Made by a program: the position numbers and the translations under genes. From Verrucomicrobiota bacterium (GTDB lineage Bacteria > Verrucomicrobiota > Verrucomicrobiia > Limisphaerales > AAA164-E04): 64,000 bases of DNA. The stretch lies in contig CP170459.1 in assembly GCA_047947115.1 (NCBI GenBank), forward strand, positions 3,264,001 to 3,328,000. The letters are read 5' to 3'. Shown here piece by piece: positions 28,867-38,992 of this stretch (position 1 is its first letter; each line of letters begins with the position of its first letter). The notes below the pieces were generated by a model, which had not been told where the DNA came from, searched no databases, and worked only from the letters and a program-made list of their open reading frames with translations.

Positions 28867-31634
28867 ATGATTTGATCAACCATCGCTCAATACACGATCA
28901 CCGCCAAATTGGGGAAAGGCGGCATGGGCGAGGTGTATCGCGCCACTGACACCAAGTTGAATCGTGATGTGGCGATCAAGGTTCTTCCTGAAGAGTTTGC
29001 AAAGGACAATGAGCGTTTGGCGCGATTCGAGCGTGAGGCGAAGGTGCTGGCTCAATTGAATCATCCGAACATCGCGGCTGTTTACGGGCTGGAGCAATTC
29101 GGCGATTCTCAGGCCTTGATTCTGGAGTTGGTCGAAGGGGATGATTTATCTCTGAGGCTGAAGGAAGGGGCCTTGTCGGTGGATGAAACGATGGAGATCT
29201 GCAAGCAGATTGCGGAAGCATTGGACAACGCCCATCAGAAGGGGATCGTACATCGCGATCTCAAACCCGGTAACATCAAACTGACCGAAGAAGGGCAGGT
29301 GAAGGTGTTGGATTTCGGTCTTGCCAAAGCTTTGTCGGAAGAATCGGATGTTGCAAATGTCTCCAATACCGAAGATTCCCCTACCATCACCGATGCTTTT
29401 ACCAAACCGGGGACCATCCTTGGAACCGCTGCTTACATGTCTCCGGAACAGGCCCGTGGAAAGGCCCTGGATAAACGGACGGATATTTGGTCATTTGGTT
29501 GTGTCTTTTATGAATGCCTTACCGGAAGGAGAGCTTTCAAAGGCGAGGATGTCGCAGAGACCCTGGCTAAAATCATTCAAGGTCAGCCTGATTGGGATCA
29601 ACTGCCCGCTGCCTTGCCTCCCATCATCCAGTTGCTCATACGGAAATGTCTGGCCAAGAAAAGGCACCAGCGGCTCAGGGATATGGGCGATGCTGTCGTG
29701 GATATCGATCAGGCTATTGCGGACCCGACAGGTTCTTCTCTTTCATTATCCAAAGCCGTTTTTGCAAACGATGCAGACATCGCCCCCGCCGGATCCGGTA
29801 TTCTGAAATGGGCTGCGATGTTGACCTTATTGATCCTGGGCGCTGCGCTTGGGTGGATTGGGAAAACGAATCCGCCAGCATCCACTGAATCACGGCCGAT
29901 CTATTCTGATATCATCCTTCCTGGCGAAGGGGCCTACACCTTGTTCATTTCGCCGGACGCGTCTCACATTGGATTTGATTCGGCCGGAAGGAGAGACGGT
30001 ATCCGTCTTCGCAATCTTGGTCAAAGCAGAGAGGTGAAGCTTTTTGATGTTGAAGAAAGTTATCTGATGGACTTCTCACCCGACTCTCGGGAAATCGTAT
30101 GGGTTTCAAAGACTCGGATCTGGAAAGCCAATGTGGATGGTTCTTCAATTGTGCCGCTTGTTGTTTTTTCTGACAATACATTTGGATTTACGCACGGAGT
30201 TTCCTGGTCTGATCGTGATGAAATCGTTTTTCCCCCCAACTATTATGCGCCATTGATGAAGGTCGCGGCAGTCGGAGGAAAGCCCGAGCCTTTGACGCGT
30301 TTGAAGGAGAATGAAAAGGCCCATTCTTGGCCGCACTGCCTGCCGGGAGGTCGGCATGTTCTATTCCTGGCAACCGTAACGGATGCGAGGCCCTCCGGTG
30401 TGTCTATTAGAAAGATGGCCATTGCCGATATGGATACCGGGGAACATTGGCTTCTCCCTGTGGATCAGAATTGTTCTGGTCCGCGGTATGCCCGCTCCGG
30501 ACATCTGCTTTATTTGGATGATGGAGTATTGTTTGCTTTGCCTTTTGATTTGGAGACGCTTCGGATCACTGGGGACAAAGTGGATGTCCTCCATGGAATT
30601 GCCGCTCGTGAGCATGGGCTTGGCATGTATGACCTGTCTGATGATGGTACTCTGGTATACCGGGAAAAAAAGTCTTTCAACAGGAGGAAATAAAATCTTC
30701 CCTCAAATGGCTATATTATGATGGCAAGGTCGAAGATGTTGGAATTGTCGATGGAAGTATCAAGAAAATGCTCATTTCCCCCGATGGAACCCATGTGCTC
30801 ATTGTAAAGAATACTGTTTTGAGGGGGGAGAAACAGGAGGACTTGTGGTTGTATGATTTGAAAAATCTGGTCCCCATGCGATTGACTCGTTTTGAGGGAA
30901 ATGATCAGACACCCGTTTGGTCTCGTGATGGAGAGTGGATTTACTTCAGATCGGATCGCACTCCAGGGCAGAAAGGTATTTGGAAGAAAAGTGCGCGATC
31001 AGCAGAAAGACCAGGTGAACTGGTGAAAGATTTTACTCCGTATAATGTTTATCCCGTCAGTGTGACCAATGGAGATGAACTCTTGAGCTTTGTTCGGGGA
31101 ATCAATACAACTCAGTATGACATCTATGCCTTGGACCTGACAACTTCCTCCGCTGAGGAACGGGTGCTGAAGGGGACTCCGTATAATGAACTTTGGCATG
31201 AAATTTCTCCCGATGGCAAATGGCTCGCTTATAGTTCGGACATTTCCGGGGAGTTCAACATATACATTGCCCCTATGTCGGTGCCGGACACCGATGTTCG
31301 ACCGGTGAGTGGCAGCGGTGGAAGGGAGCTGTTCTGGTCAGCATCCGGGGATCGGTTTTTTTACCGGGTGCCCGGGCTGGCGGCAGACTCTATTATGTTC
31401 GTAGAAGTGAGTGGGAGTGACGCCGACATCACGATTTCAACCCCGGAAAAGCTCTTGGATGTTCCATTTACTTTTTCAAAATGGACTCCAGATGTTCAGA
31501 ATGACAGGTTGCTCGTGGTCTATAATCAGGATACTGAAGATTCTGAAGACAAGGCGGTGGAACAAGAGCAAAACGTCGTCCGTCTGGTTTCAAACTTCTT
31601 CACCGAACTGAATAAAAAAGCTCCTACACATTAG
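28867..31634 (+). pseudogene. Hanks-type Ser/Thr protein kinase with TM helix and TolB/PD40 propeller, disrupted
   Basis: ATG ATT TGA TCA ACC (MI*STIAQY..LGKGGMGEVY); VAIK, HRDLKPGN, DFG, YMSPEQ; frame change at the A7 run 30665-71 joins 28909..30693 to the frame of 30768..31634. Confidence 0.8.
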
Positions 31635-31690
31635 CTTGATCTGACCACCATTTTACGCAGATGCCCATCTGCCACCATTTAAGGTCTAAC

Positions 31691-32782
31691 CTAAAACCCG
31701 GGCATCCCAACGTAAACCCTCCCATTCGGCCCCGCCGTAATGATCACATGGCTTCCTGGTGTCAAGGCAATCGCATTGGTAGTGATATCGGATATTCGTT
31801 TCCAGGATAGACCGTTGTCCATTGTGATATCGATCCCGTTGGTTCCGGCGGCGATCAACATTCCTGTTTTCACCTTGGATGCCGTAACCGCGGACCGAAA
31901 TCCGCTGGGTGACTCCACGGTAACGGGTTTCCAAGACTGACCGTTGTTGAATGAAATGGCGCAGTTTTGAGAAGTTTCCTCTGGCTGCGTATAGTTTCCT
32001 CCAACGACGATCATGTGCTTGTCCTGGGGCGTGATTAATGAAAAAATACCACTGCTTTGATTGCGCTGGATAGGCACGTGTCGATCCAACCATGTTCTTC
32101 CTCGATCGTGTGAAACCAGCAAGCGACTGGTGGTATGTGATTGACCATCCAGAGCACCGCCTGTTCCGATCAGTATGGTTTCCTTTCCTGCAGCGGCGAT
32201 GCATGTGCCACTGGCCGCAAAACCGGCTTCACCAGGTAGCATATTCGGTTGCAACTCCCGATCCAGCTCTTTCCATGATTGGCCTCCATTATCAGTCAAT
32301 AGTACGACTAATCGACCATCGATAGGGTCCCCGAATGCGACCCCATGCCGATTATCCCAGAAATCCATGGCGTCGAAGAAAATGTCTTCGCGCAGATCGT
32401 TGTAGACACGTGACCAATTTTTCCCCCCGTCCGAAGTTCGAAAGAACACACCTGGCGACCCTGCGTTCATGACGATGGCCGTGTTGGCGTCAAAGGCATG
32501 AACATCACGAAAATCCCGTTCTGTCGCATCGGGGACAGAGGCATTCGCGAACGTTTTCCCTCCGTCAATGGTTCTGAGAACTGTTCCGTTTGAACCGCTG
32601 ATCCAGAATACCTCGTCACTGACAACACACAGTCCACGAAAACTCGCCTCTGTGTTTGTTGACAACTTTTTCCAGGTGAAAGTTGGGGGTGAATTTCTCT
32701 CTATGGAGGATTCGGATCGCACCGTTGAGACAAAACAGGTCAACAGCAATGCGATGGTGATTAGGCAATTTCTGATATACAT
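31691..32782 (-). CDS. Secreted BNR/Asp-box (WD40/YVTN/Ycf48-like) beta-propeller protein
   Basis: Repeated T.DGG..W Asp boxes, SFRGL, GEAGFAASGT. Confidence 0.88.
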   Translation of the reverse strand: MYIRNCLITIALLLTCFVSTVRSESSIERNSPPTFTWKKLSTNTEASFRGLCVVSDEVFWISGSNGTVLRTIDGGKTFANASVPDATERDFRDVHAFDANTAIVMNAGSPGVFFRTSDGGKNWSRVYNDLREDIFFDAMDFWDNRHGVAFGDPIDGRLVVLLTDNGGQSWKELDRELQPNMLPGEAGFAASGTCIAAAGKETILIGTGGALDGQSHTTSRLLVSHDRGRTWLDRHVPIQRNQSSGIFSLITPQDKHMIVVGGNYTQPEETSQNCAISFNNGQSWKPVTVESPSGFRSAVTASKVKTGMLIAAGTNGIDITMDNGLSWKRISDITTNAIALTPGSHVIITAGPNGRVYVGMPGF

Positions 32783-33037
32783 GTCACATTTGCAATTGGA
32801 TCCTGTCGGGCACTTTTGTCATAGGGCTGTCATCTGGAACAGATTTTTAATCCACCACGAAGCCAAGCGCACGAAGATTCGATGTTTTCTTCTTCTCCGT
32901 GTTCTATGGAGTTTGCTGTTTATGAGCTCGCTTTGTAAAGTCTGGCTTGCCGTCGATGCATGGCTGCGCTTAACCTTACCGTTGTTAATGATCTCAAAAT
33001 TGAGACGGTAATAGTAATCCAAAATCAAGAACACACC

Positions 33038-33400
33038 ATGGCGACCCAAGATACCTGCTGCACCATTGTTCCTTACTTCAAAATCCATGAAGGACAACTC
33101 GACCATTTCAAAAACCTCTGTGAGGCATTTGTCGAGCGCACCTCCACCGAAACAAAATGCTTATACTATGGTTTCAGTTTCGAAAAAGATCAGGCGCATT
33201 GCAGGGAAGGATATGAAGACGCGGAGGGGGTTTTGGCCCATCTCAAGAATGTTGAAGCTTTACTAGGTGAGGCTTTGAAGATTTCCGATATCATTCGTCT
33301 CGAGATTCACGGCCCTGAAGGAGAAGTGGCTAAACTTCGCCAACCCCTTTCAGCATTAAAGCCTCAGTTCTTTGTCCTGGAATACGGTTTTCGGCGTTAG
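33038..33400 (+). CDS. ABM/putative quinol monooxygenase-like dimeric alpha-beta barrel protein
   Basis: MATQDTCCTIVPYF, CLYYGF, CREGY.DAEGVLAHL, LEIHGP. Confidence 0.75.
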   Translation: MATQDTCCTIVPYFKIHEGQLDHFKNLCEAFVERTSTETKCLYYGFSFEKDQAHCREGYEDAEGVLAHLKNVEALLGEALKISDIIRLEIHGPEGEVAKLRQPLSALKPQFFVLEYGFRR

Positions 33401-33439
33401 ACGGAACCCGTGCCGGCATTGCAGCGACGCACTCCGCGG

Positions 33440-34246
33440 TTATTCCATCGACTTAAGAAATTCATCCAGGGCTTCATCCTTCATCTCGACCAGGTGTTCA
33501 TTGGATGGGAATGCGCCTTCGTTGACGTCCTGGACGTATTCCTTGAATGCGGCGATGCGCTCTTGCTGCAGTCTATCATGCTCGGCCTTGAAGTTACGGT
33601 AGGCTTTTGCATGTCGGGGCAGGCGTTCATCGTAATCACCGAGAATGTCATCCGAGAACAGGAATTGGGTATCGCAACCGGAGCCCGATCCGAGGGACAT
33701 CAGGATCATCGGAGTCCTGGAGGACAGCCAGCTTGCGAGTTGGTGAGGTACGCATTCCAGTTCCGCCGCATAGGCGCCCGCGTTCTCAAGCTCCTTCATT
33801 TGAGTGTATAGTTTCTTTGCCTCCTCTGCCGTTTTCCCTATCGCTCGATAGTTGGTCCAGGTGACATGCCGTGGAATCATTCCAAGATGGCCGACCACCG
33901 GGATTCTCTCACGCGCCATGCCTTCTATGATATGAGGGCTCGCCGAGCAGTAGACGGAGCTTGCGCCCATCTCAAGCGCTTTGAATGCGATGCGTATGGC
34001 TTCTTCCTGCGTGGCCATTCCGTGGGGCGTGGCACAGGACAGAAAACTATTGGGAGCGGCGGCGACCAGTCGAGGCAATCTTGCCTGTGCCTCTGGAGAG
34101 TCGAAACTGCAACTCATCAGATCAATTCCCGCCTCTTCGGCCGCAGCGGCTTCTTCCGGAGATTTGACATGAATATGGGTCAGGCAACGTTTGCCCTTGA
34201 GTTTTTGCAGTTCGTAGACCGTGTATTTCTTTCGAGGACGGAGCAT
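33440..34246 (-). CDS. PanB-like (ketopantoate hydroxymethyltransferase family) protein, divergent
   Basis: IPVVGHLG..P, LENAGA.A.ELECVP, LGSG..CD.Q, RHAKAY, GAFP; canonical LVGDS motif absent. Confidence 0.8.
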   Translation of the reverse strand: MLRPRKKYTVYELQKLKGKRCLTHIHVKSPEEAAAAEEAGIDLMSCSFDSPEAQARLPRLVAAAPNSFLSCATPHGMATQEEAIRIAFKALEMGASSVYCSASPHIIEGMARERIPVVGHLGMIPRHVTWTNYRAIGKTAEEAKKLYTQMKELENAGAYAAELECVPHQLASWLSSRTPMILMSLGSGSGCDTQFLFSDDILGDYDERLPRHAKAYRNFKAEHDRLQQERIAAFKEYVQDVNEGAFPSNEHLVEMKDEALDEFLKSME

Positions 34247-34364
34247 GGGGGGCAGCGTAATGATCTCCGGTCATCATTCAAGTCCGATTAGGAAAATATC
34301 GAGTATTGCCAGGAATCTCCTTGGGAATCTGGATTCCAGTTTTGAGCTGAAACTTTCTAATTGA

Positions 34365-35672
34365 TTAATATTTAGGGAAGATGTCAGGTGTCGGGAATCG
34401 GTCTTCGTAGCTGGAATTGAACAGGTATTCTTCGCGGGGTATCTGCATCTTGGGCCAGTTCTGCGGTCGGATACGGATGACTCTTCCGGGACGAATGCCT
34501 TCGATGATCAGATCGGTGTCAAACTGGATCTGAATGCCGCTGCTGCCGATGGGGACTTTACCCGTAGCACGTGTGATATTCAGAATGGTGCCATTGGAAG
34601 CCAAGTGCCCCGGACCGTAGTGGCCGGCTGTGTGCTTCAGGGTGTTTTCAGCTCCGTTCATTTGTGCTGCGACTCCTTTGCGGAAGTCGTCGTACAGCGT
34701 GGGATCCATTCCTCCGAAGAGCGTGGCGCTGACGGTGGCGCGTCCGAATTTGCCATACTCGACGGCATCGACCCAGCCCGGCATCCAACGGCTGCGGATG
34801 AAGGTTTTGTGTGTTTCGGTCTGAAATTCGGCGGCGTTATGGATGGCTGCTTCGTCCAGCCAGATATCCGAAATGTGGAAGCGCGTGAAGGCTCCACTCA
34901 GTCCATCACCCGGCGCCGGTCTCCAGGTGATCCCTAGTAAGACTGCTTGCCCGTCGAGATCCCTTATGCCAGTGGCTGGCCATGTGCCTTCGGAGATCAT
35001 GTCCCTGACCCGAATTCGCTCTCGTCCCCGCCAAATACGAGTGGCGGCGTCGAAGGTCAAATTTTCCTCGTCTACGTTGTTGTCACCTCCGGTTTTCCGT
35101 TCACGGCGGGCGATGATCTTGCCCGCGTTGTTCTCGATCTCCAATGTTTTCAACTTCCAAACTTTGCCTTCGCGTAGGCAGTGACTGGGCTCGTCTTCAA
35201 GAAGGAGTAGGTGGTTCTCGGCCGGCGCGGTTCCTGTTCCACGATAATGTCCGACGTCTTTATCTTTGTGGTCGACCGGTAATACGGGAACGACGGAGAT
35301 CTTCGGGTCCGGTGGGAGAAATCCCCGGACGTGCATCACGGTGCCGAGCGGGACGTCGCGCAGATCCGCCGGTGCACCGTGATACCGGATGATGCCGTAG
35401 GGGAGCATGGCGAAGGGTTGCGGATCATTTCGGTAGAACTTTCCATCGCCCGCCACACGGAGGCTTCCTCGGCGGTTGGGGTGATCCACGAATACCAGTT
35501 CACCGCGGTAGGCGTGTGCTTTTTCCATCGGAGGGAAGACTCCGGTTTTGGGGCGAAAAATCTCCGGTTTTGGCTCCGTGACCGGCTCGGCCGCGGTGGT
35601 GTTCACTTGGAGGATGACCGAAAAGGCGAGGGCGATTCGCCATCGATTCAAAAGTGATGGAATTGGATTCAT
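34365..35672 (-). CDS. Hypothetical secreted protein, paralog B
   Basis: Signal peptide; aligns end to end with 35687..36937 ([16 protein letters not shown]...DRFP.P..FPKY). Confidence 0.85.
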   Translation of the reverse strand: MNPIPSLLNRWRIALAFSVILQVNTTAAEPVTEPKPEIFRPKTGVFPPMEKAHAYRGELVFVDHPNRRGSLRVAGDGKFYRNDPQPFAMLPYGIIRYHGAPADLRDVPLGTVMHVRGFLPPDPKISVVPVLPVDHKDKDVGHYRGTGTAPAENHLLLLEDEPSHCLREGKVWKLKTLEIENNAGKIIARRERKTGGDNNVDEENLTFDAATRIWRGRERIRVRDMISEGTWPATGIRDLDGQAVLLGITWRPAPGDGLSGAFTRFHISDIWLDEAAIHNAAEFQTETHKTFIRSRWMPGWVDAVEYGKFGRATVSATLFGGMDPTLYDDFRKGVAAQMNGAENTLKHTAGHYGPGHLASNGTILNITRATGKVPIGSSGIQIQFDTDLIIEGIRPGRVIRIRPQNWPKMQIPREEYLFNSSYEDRFPTPDIFPKY

Positions 35673-35686
35673 GAGCATTTAATGCA

Positions 35687-36937
35687 TTAGTATTTCGGAA
35701 AGACGGCTGGGGAGGGGAAGCGGTCCTCAAGTTTGCTGCCGTCGCCGATGTATTCTTCGCGGGGAATGTTGACCTGAGGCCAACTGGCGGGGCAGATGCG
35801 AATGACTCGTCCGGGACGAATGCCTTCGATGATCAGATCGGTTGAAATGGTAACCTGGATGCCGCTGCTGCCCATAGGCGGCTCTCCCTCGGTTCTTGTC
35901 ACTTCGAGGATGGTTCCACGTGAAGCCATATGGGCTGGACCGTAATCTCCACCCGCGTGCTTCAGGGTGTTTTCGACGCCGTTCATCATGGCGGAAATAT
36001 CCTTGTTGAAATCGGCGTAAAGTGAGCCGTCCATGCCGCCAAACAAGGTAGCTGTGACGGTGGCTTGACCAAATTTGCCGTAATCGACCGCATCGACCCA
36101 GGCAGGCATCCAGCGACTGCGGATGAAGGCGTTGTGGGTTTCGGTCTGGACTTGCGTGGCGCGCTGCATGGCCACGTCATCCAGCCAGATATCCGAGATG
36201 TGAAAACGGGTGAAGACTCCATCCGGTGTGGGTTTCCAGGTGATCCCGAGCAGGACGGGTTGGTCTTCCAGGGATTTCTTGCCGCTGGCGGGCCAGGTTC
36301 CCTCGGCGATCAGATCCGCGACGACAAGGCGTTCACGTCCGCGCCAGAAAAGTGTGGCCGCGTCAAAGGTCAGTTTTTCCTCTTCGCTCTCGTCGCCGCC
36401 TCCTTGTATGGTTGAACGGCTGGCGATGATCATTCCCTTGTTGTTTTGGATGTCCACTTCCTTCAGTTTCCATACCTTGCCTTCGCGCAGGCAGTGACTC
36501 GGTTCGTCTTCCAGAAGCAAGACATGGTTTTCGGCGGGGAAAATGCCCGCGCCTCGGTTGTGGTCGGCATCCTTCTTTCCACTGTCCACCGGCAACACCG
36601 GCACGGCGGAGATGCTTGGGTCCGGTGGAAGAAAGGCGCGGACGTGCAGCACTGTGCCCAGGGGGATATCCCTAAGATCGGCCGGTGCTCCGTGATAGTG
36701 AATGATACCATAAGGCAACATGGCGAAGGGATGCGGGTCGTTGCGGAAGAACATGCCGTTGCCTTGCACCCGGATGCTACCACGACGGTTGGGGTGATCC
36801 ACGAAGATCAGTTCGCCCCGGTAGGCGTGTGCTTTTTCCAGTAGGGGAAATTCTCCTGCCTTGGGGCGGAATGGAGATTCCGCGGTGAGGGTGAGGGTTG
36901 TTAGGAGGGTTAAAATCTGAATCTTACTCTTAATCAT
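35687..36937 (-). CDS. Hypothetical secreted protein, paralog A
   Basis: Signal peptide; tandem paralog of 34365..35672; downstream of the DUF1552 gene. Confidence 0.85.
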   Translation of the reverse strand: MIKSKIQILTLLTTLTLTAESPFRPKAGEFPLLEKAHAYRGELIFVDHPNRRGSIRVQGNGMFFRNDPHPFAMLPYGIIHYHGAPADLRDIPLGTVLHVRAFLPPDPSISAVPVLPVDSGKKDADHNRGAGIFPAENHVLLLEDEPSHCLREGKVWKLKEVDIQNNKGMIIASRSTIQGGGDESEEEKLTFDAATLFWRGRERLVVADLIAEGTWPASGKKSLEDQPVLLGITWKPTPDGVFTRFHISDIWLDDVAMQRATQVQTETHNAFIRSRWMPAWVDAVDYGKFGQATVTATLFGGMDGSLYADFNKDISAMMNGVENTLKHAGGDYGPAHMASRGTILEVTRTEGEPPMGSSGIQVTISTDLIIEGIRPGRVIRICPASWPQVNIPREEYIGDGSKLEDRFPSPAVFPKY

Positions 36938-36941
36938 AATC

Positions 36942-37102
36942 CTAATCGCTAACTACTAACTACTAAATACTAAATACTAATAGATAAATACTAACTACTA
37001 AATACTAATAGATAAATACTAAATACTAAATACTAATATCTAACTACTAACTGCTAATAACTAATAGCTAATAAATAATAACTAATAGCTAAAAACTAAA
37101 TT
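36942..37102. repeat. Degenerate 7-bp tandem array (CTAAnnn), about 23 units
   Basis: CTAACTA/CTAAATA/CTAATAG/ATAAATA/CTAATAA units in strict 7-bp phase fill essentially the whole intergenic space. Confidence 0.95.
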
Positions 37103-38474
37103 AAACCCCAACCACCCCATTACTATCCCCAAACCGATCCGCCTCAACCCCCATGCGTTGCGCCATCAAAAGCAGAAGATTGCTCATATGGGCACCCGTA
37201 TTCACAGGCCGACCGCAGATCTGATAATGTGCGGAGGTGAGCGCACCGTCAGGATCCAGGGAATAACCCTTGAAGTCCTTGGCCTCACGGTTGAAGTCGA
37301 GATGGCTGCCATGCTTCAGACCGAGATCCGAACCACCTGCGAGCACCAAGGGGAGATTGGCATTGCCATGGCTGTGACCGTAGCACATGCCACTTCCGAA
37401 GAGTGACATGGTGGTGTCGAGCAGCGGTTTGCCGTTGAGATCCTTTGTTTCGCTGAGTCGCGAGAGGAAGTAGCTGAACTGCTCGACCGCAAAGGTGTCG
37501 TAATTCGTGAGCTTTTCCATGTAACCGGCATCGCCTCCGTGATGACTCAACTGATGGCGAGACTCCGTGATGCCGATTTCGGGAATGGAGAAAGCATCCC
37601 CTTCGCCGCCCAGACTGAAAGAGGCCACACGGGTCACGTCCGTTTGAAAGGCGAGCACCATGAGATCGTAAACGGTGCGGAAATACTCGCCAGCCTGGGT
37701 TTGGGGAATGTCGCGGTTGGTGCGCTTGCGGTCGGCTTGGGAGATTTCGGGAAGTGGTGTGTCGAGCCAGGCATCGGCGCGTCGGGTTCGGATCTCCGCC
37801 TCACGAACGGAAGTAAGGTATTGCTCAAGGCGACCCTTGTCTTCGACTCCCATCTTTTTCTCCAAGCGACGCACTTCGGCCAGGTTGTCATCGAGTATGC
37901 TGGCTTTGCGACGCAGCGATTTCCTTTGGGCTTCGACACCGCCTTTCGGTTCTTCAAATAAAGTGGCAAAGATCTGACTGCAACGCCGCAGAGCGGGTAA
38001 TTGCACCCCATCTGCGGTCCAGGCAAGAGATCCCTGTGTGAGGGCGATCTCCATGGATGGATAACGGGTGTGTGGCGCGGTGACTTCGGCCATTTTTTGG
38101 TCCACTGAGATGGTGTTGCGATCCGAGGGACCTAGTTTTCCTCCAGTGAGAAAGACATCGATGCAGTTGTGATGATGCCCCAGGGCGCCGGGATGATGCA
38201 GGCCGCTGATGGGGGTGATGACATCACGGTGCTTTTCCAGAGGTTTGAGTGACCTGGAAAACTGGTAGTCCTTCCCTGGTGTCAGGATCTGGTAGTTCAG
38301 CGAATGAACCCCATTGGCCAGGTAGACGAAGGCGCTGCGTTTAGGGGAAGCCGTGTCTAGCTCAGCCGCCCGGAGCGGAATCATGCATTCCAACATGGGG
38401 AGGGAGATGCAGGCGCCCATGGCGCGCAAGGCGTGACGGCGGTCGATCCGCCAGGATTGGGAGAGGATATTCAT
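37101..38474 (-). CDS. DUF1552 domain protein
   Basis: [48 protein letters not shown]. Confidence 0.92.
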   Translation of the reverse strand: MNILSQSWRIDRRHALRAMGACISLPMLECMIPLRAAELDTASPKRSAFVYLANGVHSLNYQILTPGKDYQFSRSLKPLEKHRDVITPISGLHHPGALGHHHNCIDVFLTGGKLGPSDRNTISVDQKMAEVTAPHTRYPSMEIALTQGSLAWTADGVQLPALRRCSQIFATLFEEPKGGVEAQRKSLRRKASILDDNLAEVRRLEKKMGVEDKGRLEQYLTSVREAEIRTRRADAWLDTPLPEISQADRKRTNRDIPQTQAGEYFRTVYDLMVLAFQTDVTRVASFSLGGEGDAFSIPEIGITESRHQLSHHGGDAGYMEKLTNYDTFAVEQFSYFLSRLSETKDLNGKPLLDTTMSLFGSGMCYGHSHGNANLPLVLAGGSDLGLKHGSHLDFNREAKDFKGYSLDPDGALTSAHYQICGRPVNTGAHMSNLLLLMAQRMGVEADRFGDSNGVVGV

Positions 38475-38478
38475 GGGG

Positions 38479-38527
38479 TTAGTTGTTAGCTTTTAGTTGT
38501 TAGTTGTTAGTTGTTAGTTGTTAGTGG
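38479..38527. repeat. 7-bp tandem array (TTAGTTG), 7 units
   Basis: TTAGTTG TTAGCTT TTAGTTG x4 TTAGTGG. Confidence 0.95.
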
Positions 38528-38887
38528 TTGGGTTTTGGCTCTTAGTTTTTGGATGTAGGTGTTGAGCATGCGTTTGATTTGGATGAGTTCATTGTTTGTT
38601 GTTTTGTATGCGTTTGGTGGAAGATAATTCAGGTCGTTTGCCAGGAGGAGCTGATATTCCAGTTCGGAGGCGGAACCCATGGCGTTGTCGAGGAATCTGG
38701 CGAAGTCCTTTTCCGTGTTCCGACCGCTACCTTCCGCGATATTGGTTGGAATCGAAGAAGCGGACCGACGCATCTGACGGACAAGTCCATAGCATTCGGC
38801 TTCGGGAAAGCTTTGTGTGATCCGGTAAATATCCAGAGTAAGCCCATGCGACCGAACCCAAATCTGCAATTTCCTAAAATCTCTCAT
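38507..38887 (-). CDS. Four-helix bundle protein (23S rRNA intervening-sequence protein / TIGR02436-like)
   Basis: FRKLQIW.RSH.L...IY..T..FP..E.YGL..QMRRSASSIPTNIAEG.GR...DF.RFL..A.GSASEL.YQL.LA.DL.Y. Confidence 0.95.
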   Translation of the reverse strand: MRDFRKLQIWVRSHGLTLDIYRITQSFPEAECYGLVRQMRRSASSIPTNIAEGSGRNTEKDFARFLDNAMGSASELEYQLLLANDLNYLPPNAYKTTNNELIQIKRMLNTYIQKLRAKTQPLTTNN

Positions 38888-38900
38888 CCAACAAAACAAA

Positions 38901-38984
38901 CTAAAACCTAAAACCTAAAAGCTAACAGCTAACAGCTAAAACCTAAAAGCTAACAGCTAACAGCTAAAACCTAAAAGCTAACAG
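38901..38984. repeat. 7-bp tandem array (CTAAAAC/CTAAAAG/CTAACAG), 12 units with 28-bp higher-order period
   Basis: Direct reading of the sequence. Confidence 0.95.
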
Positions 38985-38992
38985 CCACCCCC

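Larger units (their letters stand above)
38475..38992. mobile_element. Putative repeat-bounded intervening element carrying a four-helix-bundle gene
   Basis: Inverted arms GGGG(TTAGnnn)7 at 38475-38527 and (CTAAnnn)12-CCACCCCC at 38901-38992; ends abut the DUF1592 stop and the DUF1552 ATG exactly. Confidence 0.55.

Noticed and set aside
34365..36937. Paralog pair as DGR template/variable repeats
   Set aside because: Both are full-length ORFs, and the differences do not appear confined to adenines.
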